Source: Euprymna scolopes (lineage: Eukaryota). Taken from it: DNA of 64,000 bases. Of this stretch, positions 42,367 to 53,928 are shown piece by piece (positions within the stretch are counted from its first letter, which is position 1; the number at the start of each line of letters is the position of its first letter). The stretch lies in assembly GCA_053919585.1 (NCBI GenBank), contig CM132810.1. One strand, 5' to 3'. The position numbers were made by a program, and so were the translations under genes. Under the pieces are notes generated by a model. It worked only from the letters and a program-made list of their open reading frames with translations. It did no database searches and was not told where the DNA came from.

Positions 42367-43204
42367 TCCAACTACTATCATATAAAAGTAAGTTTGTCTG
42401 TATGTCTGTGTAACTGTGTGCTTGTGCGTCTGTGAGTTTGTTCCTATGGACTTGAAAACGGCTGGGTCGATTTTTATGAAATTTCATGTAATTGTACTTT
42501 ATGTGCTTGTTAGTGTTCTTAGATAGTTTTGTGTTAGAATGTCTTCGATAAGTAGCAATAATCGATAATCGAAATAATCCAATGAAAGAAGAAACAGGAA
42601 ATTTTTACCAAAGTTTACATCTTACACAGCCTACATCGTAAATGCAGTTGAGAAGTTTTATTACCACACAAGCCAAAAGGCCGAACATATAAAATCAACA
42701 GTAGGTTCTTTGATATGACAGGGCGCAATAAATGTTTCTGTTTAAAATACAATTTCAAAATGATACTTGACTTTTTTCATTTTAAATTTAAATGCAAGCC
42801 ATTATCACCGCACAAGCAGTAATTTCAGATGTATAAAATCAACAGCAGGTTCTTTGATATGACAAAAGCGCATTCGAAATGAATGCTTCTGTTTAGAGCA
42901 CAATTGAAGTATCATGCTTGATTTTTGCATTTTATATATATAGATGAAGCCATTATATATAAAAATAATTTCATGAAATCAACAGTAGGTTCTCTACAGT
43001 GCAATGTAGAATACAATATATTGTAAATTTAGTCATTGTGAAAGGCATGTGAAGCTTCTTCCAGGTGCATTGTGATGGGTCCCTAGTTAGAGCAGGCAAT
43101 CAATCAATTTGGTGGAAAATCGGTTATTTCATTGATTTCGATGATAATAAAAATATAGAAGTGTGAAACATTCAATCCCGGGCAACGTCGGGTCACCCTG
43201 CTAG
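42367..43204 (+). mobile_element. Non-autonomous Helitron (GTCT/GTGT microsatellite near the 5' end)
   Basis: A|TC start, gtctgt tract, hairpin cccgggcaacgtcggg + CTAG|T. Another Helitron 3' end lies just upstream at ~42165-42189. Confidence 0.82.
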
Positions 43205-43645
43205 TATTATACAAATAAAGGCATTCATAAATTTTCATTATTTCAGGCTTGAGAACATGTGTATTAATGAAATATCTTTACTAGTATGTTTGACAAAAAA
43301 CATATACTATACTGTCCTCTCCCAAAGGAGGAGATAATGCCTGTGAGGATAATCTCATGAAAACAGAATTGTTACTATACTACTCCCCTCTCCTAAAGTA
43401 TATGAAGAAATAATATCTGGGAGGATTGCATTATGACAACATGACGTATACTGCACTACTTACCCATACCCGAAAAAAATATGATTTTCTCTGATCTGAT
43501 GACCATAGAACAGATACTATACAACCCCCTTTCCAATAAAATAGGAGGTAATGCCTGGAAGAATGGTTTCAATATAATGGGATAGATACTGAACTATCCC
43601 ATCACATGAATTAAACATTGATGCATAGTAAATTAACGTGAAATA

Positions 43646-43646
<1 letters not shown>

Positions 43647-43729
<83 letters not shown>

Positions 43730-44135
43730 GTTAATGGTTTAATGTTCGTTTCAGATGCTGGTATGTGTTGGACAGCTTTTAGAAATTGACTTCAAAACTG
43801 ACCAATTTCTGCTTAGGCTTTTATCACACTTTCAAATCCATCATCATCATTTTGTCTCACATTTTCTAATGTATACCCCTGCTAGCTGACCCTGCTACCT
43901 CAACTGTTCTACATCTACTAACACAAAAACTCTCATCCATTCTTTCAATGTGACCATACCATCAAAATCTCCTTTCTGCACACATTTCCCGAAACTCTCC
44001 AGGTTTAATCCTCCTCTGATGTCATCACTACACATCCATTGTATCATTCTCACATCAGTTCTCTCCATGCAACTCATGTCCTCAACCCTCACTGGGCAGG
44101 TTTTATCACAACCACACTAGCACCTGCTCCTCCCT
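43647..44135 (-). mobile_element. RTE-clade LINE 3' fragment with (GAT)n(GAC)n tail
   Basis: RVEDMSCMERTDVRMIQWMC and a WYGHVERMD-like segment; tail at 43647-43729. Confidence 0.75.
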
Positions 44136-44274
44136 ATGCTCCAATTCTATCACCAAAACTTCCAAACCCCAACCATTTCATACATAATAGATTGTAACAA
44201 ACTGCAAAGTCTTTTGTTACATAAAGTATTAGCAACTCTCTATCCCTACTCCATGGTCAAGGAGGATGAAAGAC

Positions 44275-44485
44275 CATGGAGAGAAAGCACTAATCAAACC
44301 TCCACTGGATTAATCTGAAGAGTACTGGGACCTTATGGAGGCTTATTGTCACCCAATTTCCATTGAAGGACGATAGTCATTGCTAGCAAGAAATCAATGG
44401 TAAGCGGCTGTTGCTTAAATGCAAATTCATTTGCAAATGTTCTCAAAAGAAATGCAGAGTACTAGAAATATGAAGAGACTCCAGG
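44275..44485 (+). mobile_element. Dong/R4 3' UTR fragment
   Basis: Homologous to ~12008-12230. Confidence 0.65.
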
Positions 44486-44881
44486 AAACACCAGAGGTTG
44501 GTGGCAGATAGAAATCTTTGATGATGGATTGTATGGAAACTCCCAGTGAATACAAATAATAATCTCATTTATGAAACTCACTATGTCTGTCTGTCTGTTT
44601 GTTTGTTTGTTTGTCTGTCGGCATTTATTCAAACTGTATCTCCTCCAAGATGAAAAATCGTAGAGTGGCACAAGGCAGGTCAAATGATTGCATTTTTGTG
44701 AACCGTTTGCTTTATGGGTCTTTAGCCAGGTAAAATAGTTGCGAAAGGGTCAAAATAGTTGTTAAGGGGTCAAACTTGAAAGAAAGAACTTATCAACTGT
44801 AAGTTGACCTAAATTGATCTTCTACTTATACACAAATATACATTTATACATTAATTCTCGTTTATTTTTAGCTATGGATCA

Positions 44882-44920
44882 CCTGACTGATGATGGCTCA
44901 TCTAGAAACGTGTCCGGCTG
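44882..44920 (+). ncRNA. Minimal type I hammerhead ribozyme motif (Penelope-type)
   Basis: CTGATGA(44887)-TGG ctcat CTA-GAAA-CGT-GTC; weak stems. Confidence 0.55.
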
Positions 44921-45587
44921 GGATGCTGTAAATTTTGCTTTCAGTTTCGGTTTCGATTCTAGCTGATGGCACTCAAGTTTTATTTTTTAAACTTTTGAAA
45001 TAAAATTCAACTGTATAATATCCCGTGCTAGAAATAAATGTTTACTTGTTTAGCTAAAACATAGTGTAAGTAAAATTAGTTTGTAGAGACTATCAATGAA
45101 ATCCATGTCACTCTAAATAATTTGTCATTAAAATAGGAATTAAGCCGATAATCTATATATTAATAGTGTGTGTTATTTTGTGTGTCACGATTACATCTGA
45201 GTGACTGTCGTTTAATTGTTATGGACTTCCATTTCATTAACATTAACTCTATAATAATATATACGAAATCTGCAAGAATTAAAATATCATATTTAATCGT
45301 ACTTTACGACCGGGCTACACCGAGCGTCCCTGATAGCTTAGATAAATACTTTTGCAAACATCAATATATTATATATGAATGGGTCTCATGTGGAATTTCC
45401 ACAGGTCCGGCTACTCTATAAATTAATACGATAACGTATGTTATTTTGTGTGTCACGCTTACATCTTTTTCCTTCCGAGTGACTGTCGTTTAATTCTTAT
45501 GACCTTCCATTTCTTATAATAAATAATTTTACAAAGAATTCTTCATAAGTTTTGCTTTCAGTTTCAATCCAAAGCTGAAAATATTCA

Positions 45588-45629
<42 letters not shown>

Positions 45630-45692
45630 AATAAATTCCACAGCCAAACAACGTCGCAGCCCATAAGAGCCATGACAGTCAACGAACCAGAA

Positions 45693-45737
45693 GTCCCAGA
45701 CTCGAGTTTCGTTCCGATTTGGGCTCATCAGTTAGAC
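45693..45737 (-). ncRNA. Minimal type I hammerhead ribozyme (antisense arm copy)
   Basis: gtctaa-CTGATGA-gcccaaatcggaac-GAAA-CTCGAG-TC-tgggac; imperfect stem II. Confidence 0.6.
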
Positions 45738-45781
45738 AAATCCGAATTCAAGATTTGAAACCCAAGCCTGAGTTCGGATGT

Positions 45782-45826
45782 GTCTAACTGATGAGCCTAA
45801 ATGAGGGTGAAACTCGAGTCTTAAAC
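45782..45826 (+). ncRNA. Minimal type I hammerhead ribozyme
   Basis: gtctaa-CTGATGA-GCCT aaatga GGGT-GAAA-CTCGAG-TC-ttaaac; palindromic stem III. Confidence 0.75.
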
Positions 45827-45917
45827 TTCCGGTTCGTTGACTGTCATGGTTCTGGTGGGCTGCGACGGTGTTTTGCTGCGGAATTTATTATATGTAATCT
45901 CTCACATTCTTAAGATC

Positions 45918-45951
<34 letters not shown>

Positions 45952-45975
45952 AAAACTGGCGTTAATCGTGATACC

Positions 45976-46019
45976 ATGCACTGATGATTCCCGAAAGGAT
46001 GAAACACTAGTTTCTGTAG
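45976..46019 (+). ncRNA. Hammerhead ribozyme copy 1 of the retrozyme-like unit (G>T change in stem III)
   Basis: atgca-CTGATGA-tTCC cgaaa GGAt-GAAA-cactagtt-TC-tgta. Confidence 0.6.
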
Positions 46020-46213
46020 GTATTTAATAATTATTATTGTAAATAATAATGTCAGTCCTTTTAAGAAATTTGTTTCTTATCGTTGAGCACTTTCAGTTAT
46101 AATAAAGTCGGTCAACTTAGCTTATACGCGCAGATCGACATATAATGATTAGATCACTCTGACTGACATTTAAGAATAAGAATTAATGTTAAATTTCAAC
46201 TGTATGTCTCGCG

Positions 46214-46298
46214 GCTGACAGTAGCCGAATGGTTCGGATCCTTACTAATGAAGCCAAACATGACTTCAGTTGCCGGGGTTCGAATCTCTCGATTGGCG
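46214..46298 (+). promoter_or_regulatory. tRNA-derived Pol III internal promoter (not a functional tRNA)
   Basis: A box TAGCCGAATGG (46222-46232), B box GGTTCGAATCT (46277-46287); anticodon arm not canonical. Confidence 0.7.
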
Positions 46299-46311
46299 TT
46301 AAGCGTGACAC

Positions 46312-46355
46312 GTGCACTGATGATTCCTGAAAGGATGAAACACTAGTGTCTGTAG
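46312..46355 (+). ncRNA. Hammerhead ribozyme copy 2 of the retrozyme-like unit
   Basis: tgca-CTGATGA-tTCC tgaaa GGAt-GAAA-CACTAGTG-TC-tgta; palindromic stem III, stem I tgca/tgta, predicted cleavage after 46350. Confidence 0.78.
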
Positions 46356-46379
46356 GTATTAATAATTATTATAGTACAC

Positions 46380-46432
<53 letters not shown>

Positions 46433-48132
46433 GTTTTCTTCATAAGTTTTTGTTTCAGTTTGCATTCAAGCTGATGTACCCAAATCATATGGATATATTT
46501 TTTTTTAGTTTTGAAAATAAAACTTTGTAATATATAAAAATCGGTAGAAAATTGACTCTATAATAATATATAAGAAATTTGCATAAATTAAAATATCCTA
46601 TTTAAGCGTATTTTACGATTGTATAGATTAAGGCTGTGAGTCGATGTTCACCAATTCATAATCGGGAGCCATCAATTTTTAAGACCGTGGTTGACAATGT
46701 AGGGGTTTTTAGAAGTCGAAAGTAGTGGAGTATCCACGGGACCGTTAAAAGTAAATTTAACGTAATCTCCGATTTGCAAAAGGTTTTCACCAAACCACAT
46801 CTTCACACTTATAAAATAAAAAATGTGACTAACTTCGGAAAAACGACAACACCTGGCAAAGATTTTGAGATCGCTGTATTGAAATGAAATAACATTTATG
46901 TGTTTAACGTTAAAGTTTTGTGTAATAAGGCAGCCTTAGCTAAATGTGTGTCTCGTGAAAAGGGCATGAAGTTTCAGATTACTGATTTTTATGAACAAAG
47001 GGGCACGTGATTATTTTTTTTGGGGGGGGGGGTGAAGAAAATAAACCATGTAATCTGGTTGCGCGTGCGTGTGTGTTCATCACATAAGAAAACAGTTCGA
47101 AATAACATTGTTGAAAATTAGATTTAAATCCCCGTTTTCGCTGTAGCGATTTTCCACGATAGGTGTTCAGAAAAACTGGTTTGATTAGCGCGCGTTATGT
47201 CCAGACGGAGTTTCTTAGACACGTATCGGGCTGGGGAAATCTGAAGAAAACTAATTTGATTTTCGCGGGCGAATCCTTATATGTGGGTGTTCTGGAATAT
47301 TCTAGTCTGTTTGTTGTATCACCGCGCGTGGAGCGCAATGTAGTTCCTTTATCGCATGTGTGCTACAACCGGGCTACACCGGGCGTCCCTGCTGGTTTAT
47401 AATTATTGTTATTTCTTTAGAAAAAGTAATACGCGATAACTCGATTCGAGAGGTTCATTCGAATTTGAAAATCTTTAAAAAATAGTTGTTTATTTTCAAT
47501 ACAACTTCAGTTTGAATCCTAATTTACTCACGCAAATTATTGACAGTGAGAGAAATAAGAAGAATGATAAGTTCTACATAATAGATCGTTTAGGAGTTAA
47601 ACTCAGTTTTGCGTTACGTATTAACACGAGTAAATATGTTTTTATACTTTTTTCGTCTTCTGTCATACAAACAAACAACAAAAAATAAGGCATGCGAAAA
47701 CCCGGATTGTAAACAACGAGGACTGAAACGAAGTAAAGTCTTGTAAATTATAAGAATAATATATTTAAAAAATAAAGTATTTATAAAAGTATTTCTTTCA
47801 CAAGTTTTTTTGTAGATAATTTCTAAACTTGTCATAAAAACAAATATTAAAACCGTTAACTTTCAACACTTCTGGCGTTAGAATTACAAAAATTGTTATT
47901 GCGAATCCATAGTTCAACGTAATTAACCCCCCAAAATGAAAAAAAATCTTTATGATGTACGTACCAGTCACGGAACGAAAATGTCATATTCCAAAAAAGT
48001 AAANNNNNNNNNNNNNNNNNNNNNNNNNNNNNNNNNNNNNNNNNNNNNNNNNNNNNNNNNNNNNNNNNNNNNNNNNNNNNNNNNNNNNNNNNNNNNNNNN
48101 NNNNNNNNNNNNNNNNNNNNNNNNNNNNNNNN

Positions 48133-49001
48133 TCCAGACTTTTTTCGTACGAGCACTTTTATTGATAGTAAACACATGAAACTCGAGTCCCCTTTGAAGT
48201 AATCTCCCCCGGCTGCAATGCATTTGTTTTACCGTTCTAACAACTTCTGGAAGGCTCCATGGAAATCCTCTCGTGTGAGCATGTCAATGACTCTCATCAC
48301 AGCTTCTTTCATCTCCTTAATTGTCTCATAACAACAGCCTATGAGGTTTTCCTTGAGCTTAGGGAATAACCAAAATTCACAGGGAGCAAGGTCTGAACTC
48401 TAGGGAGGGTGAGGAACTGTCTTGATGGCCATCTTGATCAAATAGTCTGTGACAAGGATGGCGTGGTGTATTGGTACATTTGCACAAATCATCCACATCT
48501 TTGGTTTCTTGCGAATAATTGTGTGTACAGTTCTCACATTGACATCAAACTGTACATTTATTGTCTCTACAAACATATCATGTGTGAAAATCTTTATTTG
48601 GCCAATTAACTCTGATGTTCTGACTTCTTTACTCCTCCCACACCTCTCATCATCTCTCACAAACGCCCTGCCTTCATTGAATCTCTTATGCCACTCAAAA
48701 ACTGAGGCTCGATTCATGCAAAATGGTTCAGAAGCAGTTTTTTCCAAGATTAAAACAGAATTTTATTGCATATCGTTATTCTAAAGTGTCCTCACATCCA
48801 GATTGTATTTTTGAAATTCACCAGCTGTGACAATCAGGCTTTAGTAGGGTCTATTCCAATTCCTGCTGTAACTCTTTATTTGAACTTAAAATCATAAAAA
48901 TTGGTTAGTTATCTAATAAGATGTATAGCAATAACATACTGAATTTTCAAGAGTCTGCAACAATTTTAAATGCCTGTACAAAAAAAAAAGTCTGGAAACT
49001 T
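48133..49001 (-). mobile_element. Degenerate, internally deleted mariner element
   Basis: TIR remnants tccagacttttt..gtac / gtacaaaaaaagtctggaaactt; MNRASVFEWHKRFNEGR..RDDERCGR, TVPHPP. Confidence 0.85.
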
Positions 49002-49096
49002 GTAGGTATATCTTATATAGAAATTCTTGCTTTACGATTTTTAGAGATTTTAACAGTAAATCGTAACCATTACAAGGCTTATTTTGATCTCAGTAG

Positions 49097-52096
49097 TATA
49101 GCAGTGAAACGATTTAAGACCAGACCAGTAAAGTCACAGATTTTCCCATTAACACAGGCTAGTTAACATCAGAACATCAGGCCCTTTGCTTATTGCACAA
49201 CCATTATCTGCTATCTCACAGAGCATCTCCGTTTACACCCCATCATTTCTTCACAGCAGTCACAAATATAAAAACAACACAACGTGCCAGCCAAGGAAGG
49301 TGCACACCATTCCTCCTAACTACCCTGGTGCAAAGAAACTACAGCCAATATGTTTCCCAAACCATACTTGCACAATGTCACACTTTCCTGTACAGTTTTT
49401 ACTAAACTCTATGATACCCAAACTTTTTGTACATTCACTTGTCCCATAAGCATTCTCTCACTTGGAACAGGAGGCAGCATTCGCCCTGATGCCACACCCA
49501 ACATGCACCATTCTCATCCAGCGAAGGAAAGATCTTCCCTGACCGAGGCAATCCCACTCTTCTCTCCCGGAATTTGTCCCAGCAGCGCCATTCTGGCATG
49601 GGACCAAGGGTGACAACTGTTCCAACACTACACTCAACATATTCAATTCCCGTCCTGTGAAGGAGAAATCCTTCTCGACTGAAGCATTTTTAATTTTTTC
49701 CAAAACAGAATAACAACACCGTTAGTTTCTGTAAGACATTCTACTTGACAGTTTAAATGTTCAAAACTATTTACCATGCGATTGATTTCATTTTTTATGT
49801 AAATTCCCAGACTAAATGATATTTTTCTTTGACAGCCTAAATGTTTTAATGCCACTTCCAACCAATTTATCACCTCACACCCTATGAAAACTCTGAGGTC
49901 AAATGGCTTGCTCTTCGGCAGTTTAAACGCCTTAAAATTCCTTTCAAATAATTCACTATTTCACACCCTATGAAAACTCTCAGACCAAATGATTTTCTAT
50001 TCAACAGTTTAAATGCCTTAACATCACTTCCAATAATATATTATTCACATTTCATGAAAGCTCTCAGGCCAACTGATTTTCTATTCGACAGTTGAAATGC
50101 TTCAACATCATTTCCAAACAATTCAGCATTTCATATCACATCTTATGACAATTCTCAGGCCAAATGATCCCCTATTCACAACAGGTGAGAATGCTACACA
50201 ACAATTACACACGTTATCAGTCCTCATCTAAAAAAATTTTTTTTCAAAAAAATTAGTACATTTCAATACAAATATTAAAATAGACGAAACAGTTCCCTTT
50301 TTTATTTTATTTTTCTTCAATCAAATCACGGTTCTATCAATTTTCATTTGTTCTATCCTTCAAGATGTAAGGTTCAAATTCCATGGTACACATGCTTTAG
50401 TTTCTCTCCTGTCTTTCCCCATTGGTTTTTATTTCCTAGCACATCTGAGAGAGTGGTCCGTGGAACAGCCTGTCAATACCAAGTGCGCACAAGAGCCCGA
50501 CATGCACATGACAACACCAACAGTTGCAACCCAGTCCGTTATCAGATTGCTACCCGGTTAACTACTTCTGGTCTACCTGGTTCATTGCTCTTAGGCTGAC
50601 AGGAACCTTGCTTCCCCCAATCTCAGTTTTTTTCCCCTTTAATTTTAATAAAATTCTCCAACCAAAGGTCCCTTTATTTGACAGTCTAAATGTCTCACAA
50701 CTAATCTCAGGCAAATCATTACTTCATCTTTAATTTATTCTTATGAGAGTTTCTATTCGTTACAAAATCAGAACGGCATCGATACCACCGGTTTCTATTT
50801 CTTTAAGGATCAGTATACTTCTCTCAATACTTGTTTGGTTTCCCTTTTCACAACCATTCTTCAGGTTATGAGCGTCTTTTTCTCTCTCTCACTAATTTGA
50901 CCTTTCTATCTGATGTTGCATTATTCTCAGAGTTTTACCGTTCACCAATGGGTCACGGTGTCTGTCATGCAGTGCGGACCGGGCGGATAGATCATATATC
51001 TATTTTTGTATTCACACATGCCATTTTTTCATGGCATCCCACGCAGACAGTGTCTCGTTAAATCTACTGTCAAACTCCATGTATTATACGCAGTGCCTTC
51101 TGCACTTTTTCACACATCCTCGGCAGGGTTTGCATTACATTTGGGGCAATTCTCTTCGGCTTCCTCGCCGCATTTCCATTACATTTCTTCATGCCTTTAT
51201 GGCCAGTACAGTAGTACACCTTGCACATTTCTCCATCTCTACTTTCATTGCTCATACACAGTGCACTCTGCACTTTTTCACACCCCTCCTGCAGGGATCA
51301 CATCGTATACAACAAAATCACACATTTCATTTTTTTTTTTTCCATAAATCAATTCAATTTCAGAAATTACAAAAACGGTCGCATTTTTCCTTCAAAAACT
51401 GTCAACTGTCGCGCTCTTTCCCCGTATGTTTTTTTTTCTTTCTCTATTTTCTTTTTCTTTTTAAACTGTCAACTGTCGCTCTCCTTTGGTCTTATTTCTT
51501 TTCTTCACTCATCTCTACTTCCTGTTTTTTTCTTCTTTTTTCCAAACCTGTTCGCCATATCTATCTATCATATCTAACGCTCTCTTCATTCTGCTTATTA
51601 CTTTTCTTTATTCATTTCTTCCTTCCTTTCTGTGTCCCTTCCAATCGCACGACCATTAATTTCTTTTAACGTTAAGCTGATTGATTCACATATATGATGT
51701 GTCGGTCAACAATAGACTGGTTCTAAAAACTATATAAAAAACGTCACGTTTCGTGTTTACCCTCGAACTACGAAAAACAATCGCACTTTATTTCACTCTG
51801 TCTTAAGGCTATTAACTTTCGCCGTCTCTTTTCTTTCTTATTTCTTTTCTTAATTATTTCTTTTCTTAATTATTTCTAGTTTCTATTTCTCTTCTTTTTT
51901 TTCAACAATCACACTGTCGCTAATTCCCCTTAACATTCAGCCTAACTCAAGGGTTGACTTTTCTAACCATTTCTCCCCTCACTGCATTCGGAGTGCATTC
52001 CTCTTTTCCATGTCTACTAAATCTGTTCACTGCTATGCCTTTTTAGGGTACTTGCCCTTTTGTCTTTTTCTCATTTCTGTATCTCTCTGCCACACA

Positions 52097-52148
<52 letters not shown>

Positions 52149-53201
52149 CCCTTGTACAACGACAACATATGCGCGTACGTACAGAGACATATCAACCCGT
52201 TTCCTCTGTCTATATCCCCATATCTATTCCTGTGGATACAACTGTTTTTAGACTCATGATTCAGACAAATACACATTTACACATTTCCTTCAAGGGGTGG
52301 GGAAGAAAATCAACAATACAAATACAATACAACATATAACAAATATGTCTCAAAACGATACAACAAAACTTAAGCTATCCAGGTGACACTGAGACAGGCA
52401 AAAGGAGAAATGAACCGTCCTTACCTTCCGCCATCCTTCTTCGTCTTCGTTTCATGTTCGAGATTTTTGTTGTTATTTTTCTTTTTGAGTTCGTTTCTTT
52501 TTCAATCTTTGCTTTGCGTGCGTTTTATTTTTCATGATTATGATTATTTCTTTTTGTCCTTTTCGTCTTTTCTTTGCAAAGTCTAGCATACTTTGTGTCT
52601 AGTTTTCAGCATTTTCTTTTGTTTTTGTTTTGTTTTGTTGAAACAGCCCATATCTTCTCAGGGTTTTATTCTGGCTCAACGGCACCATTTATATATGCGT
52701 TCGTGGCAATTCGTTCGTAGACATCTCATAGAGATGTGATATCCTGGCTCACGGCACCATTTATAATGAGACCGATACTGCACCAACCACACCAGGTGTC
52801 CTTAACCTTGTCGGATTCCACCTGATATGACAGGTGTTCTTTCGATCGTACATTGTCCCGTCACAAGTTGGCCTGTTGATCGTCTTCACCCACTGTGTTT
52901 TCATGGTGGGGCGCTTTGTCTCTCGATCGAATCGTCTCCTACCCTGTGTAGGTAGTCTCCGGGTACATCAACCACTCCGCTGATCCTTGCGGCTTGCTGC
53001 AAAATGAAGAGTCCTCACCACAAGCAAACAGAACTCCGGTTTATAACAATAACAAACTATTTATTAATTTTATTACTTCATAACAGCTACTGTCTAAATT
53101 GAGGTGACTGACTATAGCAGTGAAACGATGTAAGACCAGACCAGTAAAGTCACAGATTTTCCCATTAACACAGGCTAGTTAACATCAGAACATCAGGCCC
53201 T
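49097..53201 (-). mobile_element. Non-autonomous Gypsy-like LTR element with partial LTRs
   Basis: 89-bp direct repeat 49097-49185 / 53113-53201 (1 mismatch); tRNA-His-like PBS TGGTGCCGTGAGCCAGGAT (52759-52741); PPT aggaggaatgg (49317-49307) followed by TG; no gag/pol recognised. Confidence 0.65.
49745..50180. repeat. ~90-bp degenerate tandem repeat (4-5 copies) inside the LTR element
   Basis: Recurrent cacctatgaaaactctcag..caaatga....ctattc.acagtttaaatgc. Confidence 0.8.
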
Positions 53202-53928
53202 GAGGGCTTCCAAATCGGGAGCGCTTGACCAGCGCAACCGTTCAGTTTGCTGGCTATGACTCTACTCTTTTTAGAATTCCTTTTTCTAAATCCAACCCCT
53301 TTTCCTCACCTCTCCTTCAGAGAGTGGTTACAAACACCCATTCTTTCTTCCTCTTAGAGCTTAGCCTTCGTCTTGTCCACTCAGCACCTCTCTCTCTCCC
53401 TTTTATCCTATTAATTTGTACTCCCTTTTTCTTTTCTTTCTTTTGAATTTCCTCCCTCTCTCTGTTCCCCTAATTTCTACTCCTCCTCTTCGAACTTATC
53501 TCTACCAAATTTTAACCCTCATTTTCACTGAGGTTTTTACTTATTATCAAATTAGGAGTGATTAGTCATTCCAGGTTGAACAATGCTTGGCGGCGACCCT
53601 TACCCTTGACCCCCATTCTAAGTTGTCAGCCTTAATCAGCTAAGGATTTCTGGATCTCTTCATACCTCTCAACAGAGGTTTTAAAAACAACCTTTCATAT
53701 TAACAGATATATAACGACAATGAGATAAAAACAATTATTATTTGTTTTTTCTCTTTCTGACAAAATCCCATAGACGTTTCTGTTTTGTCGCAATCAGACA
53801 TCAAAACCCTTCTTCTGCCCTTTCTTCCTCTATTTGAAAAACAAGACCATCTGGTGTCGCCCGGGGTCTTGCCATATGGACTTGTTGTAAATTGTTTTCT
53901 TTAGCTGGTTAAATCTAGTCTAATCTAA

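Larger units (their letters stand above)
45627..45892. mobile_element. Penelope-like inverted repeat (126-bp arms, 14-nt loop) with a hammerhead in each arm
   Basis: Arms 45627-45752 / 45767-45892, flanked by (TA)n. Confidence 0.8.
44563..47395 (+). mobile_element. Composite non-autonomous Helitron with nested ribozyme-bearing inserts
   Basis: A|TC start with gtctgtctgtttgtttg; internal hairpin cgggctacaccgag (~45311) and terminal ccgggctacaccggg + CTGG|T; internal duplicated segments; same family as 53929-54399. Confidence 0.7.

Noticed and set aside
46214-46298. Functional tRNA gene
   Set aside because: A and B boxes are present but there is no canonical anticodon arm, clean acceptor stem or T-run terminator; the same applies to the heads at 15.6, 18.3 and 27.3 kb
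51031-51669. 212-aa plus-strand ORF as gag or accessory gene
   Set aside because: Antisense to the LTR element, T-rich low-complexity tail, no motifs
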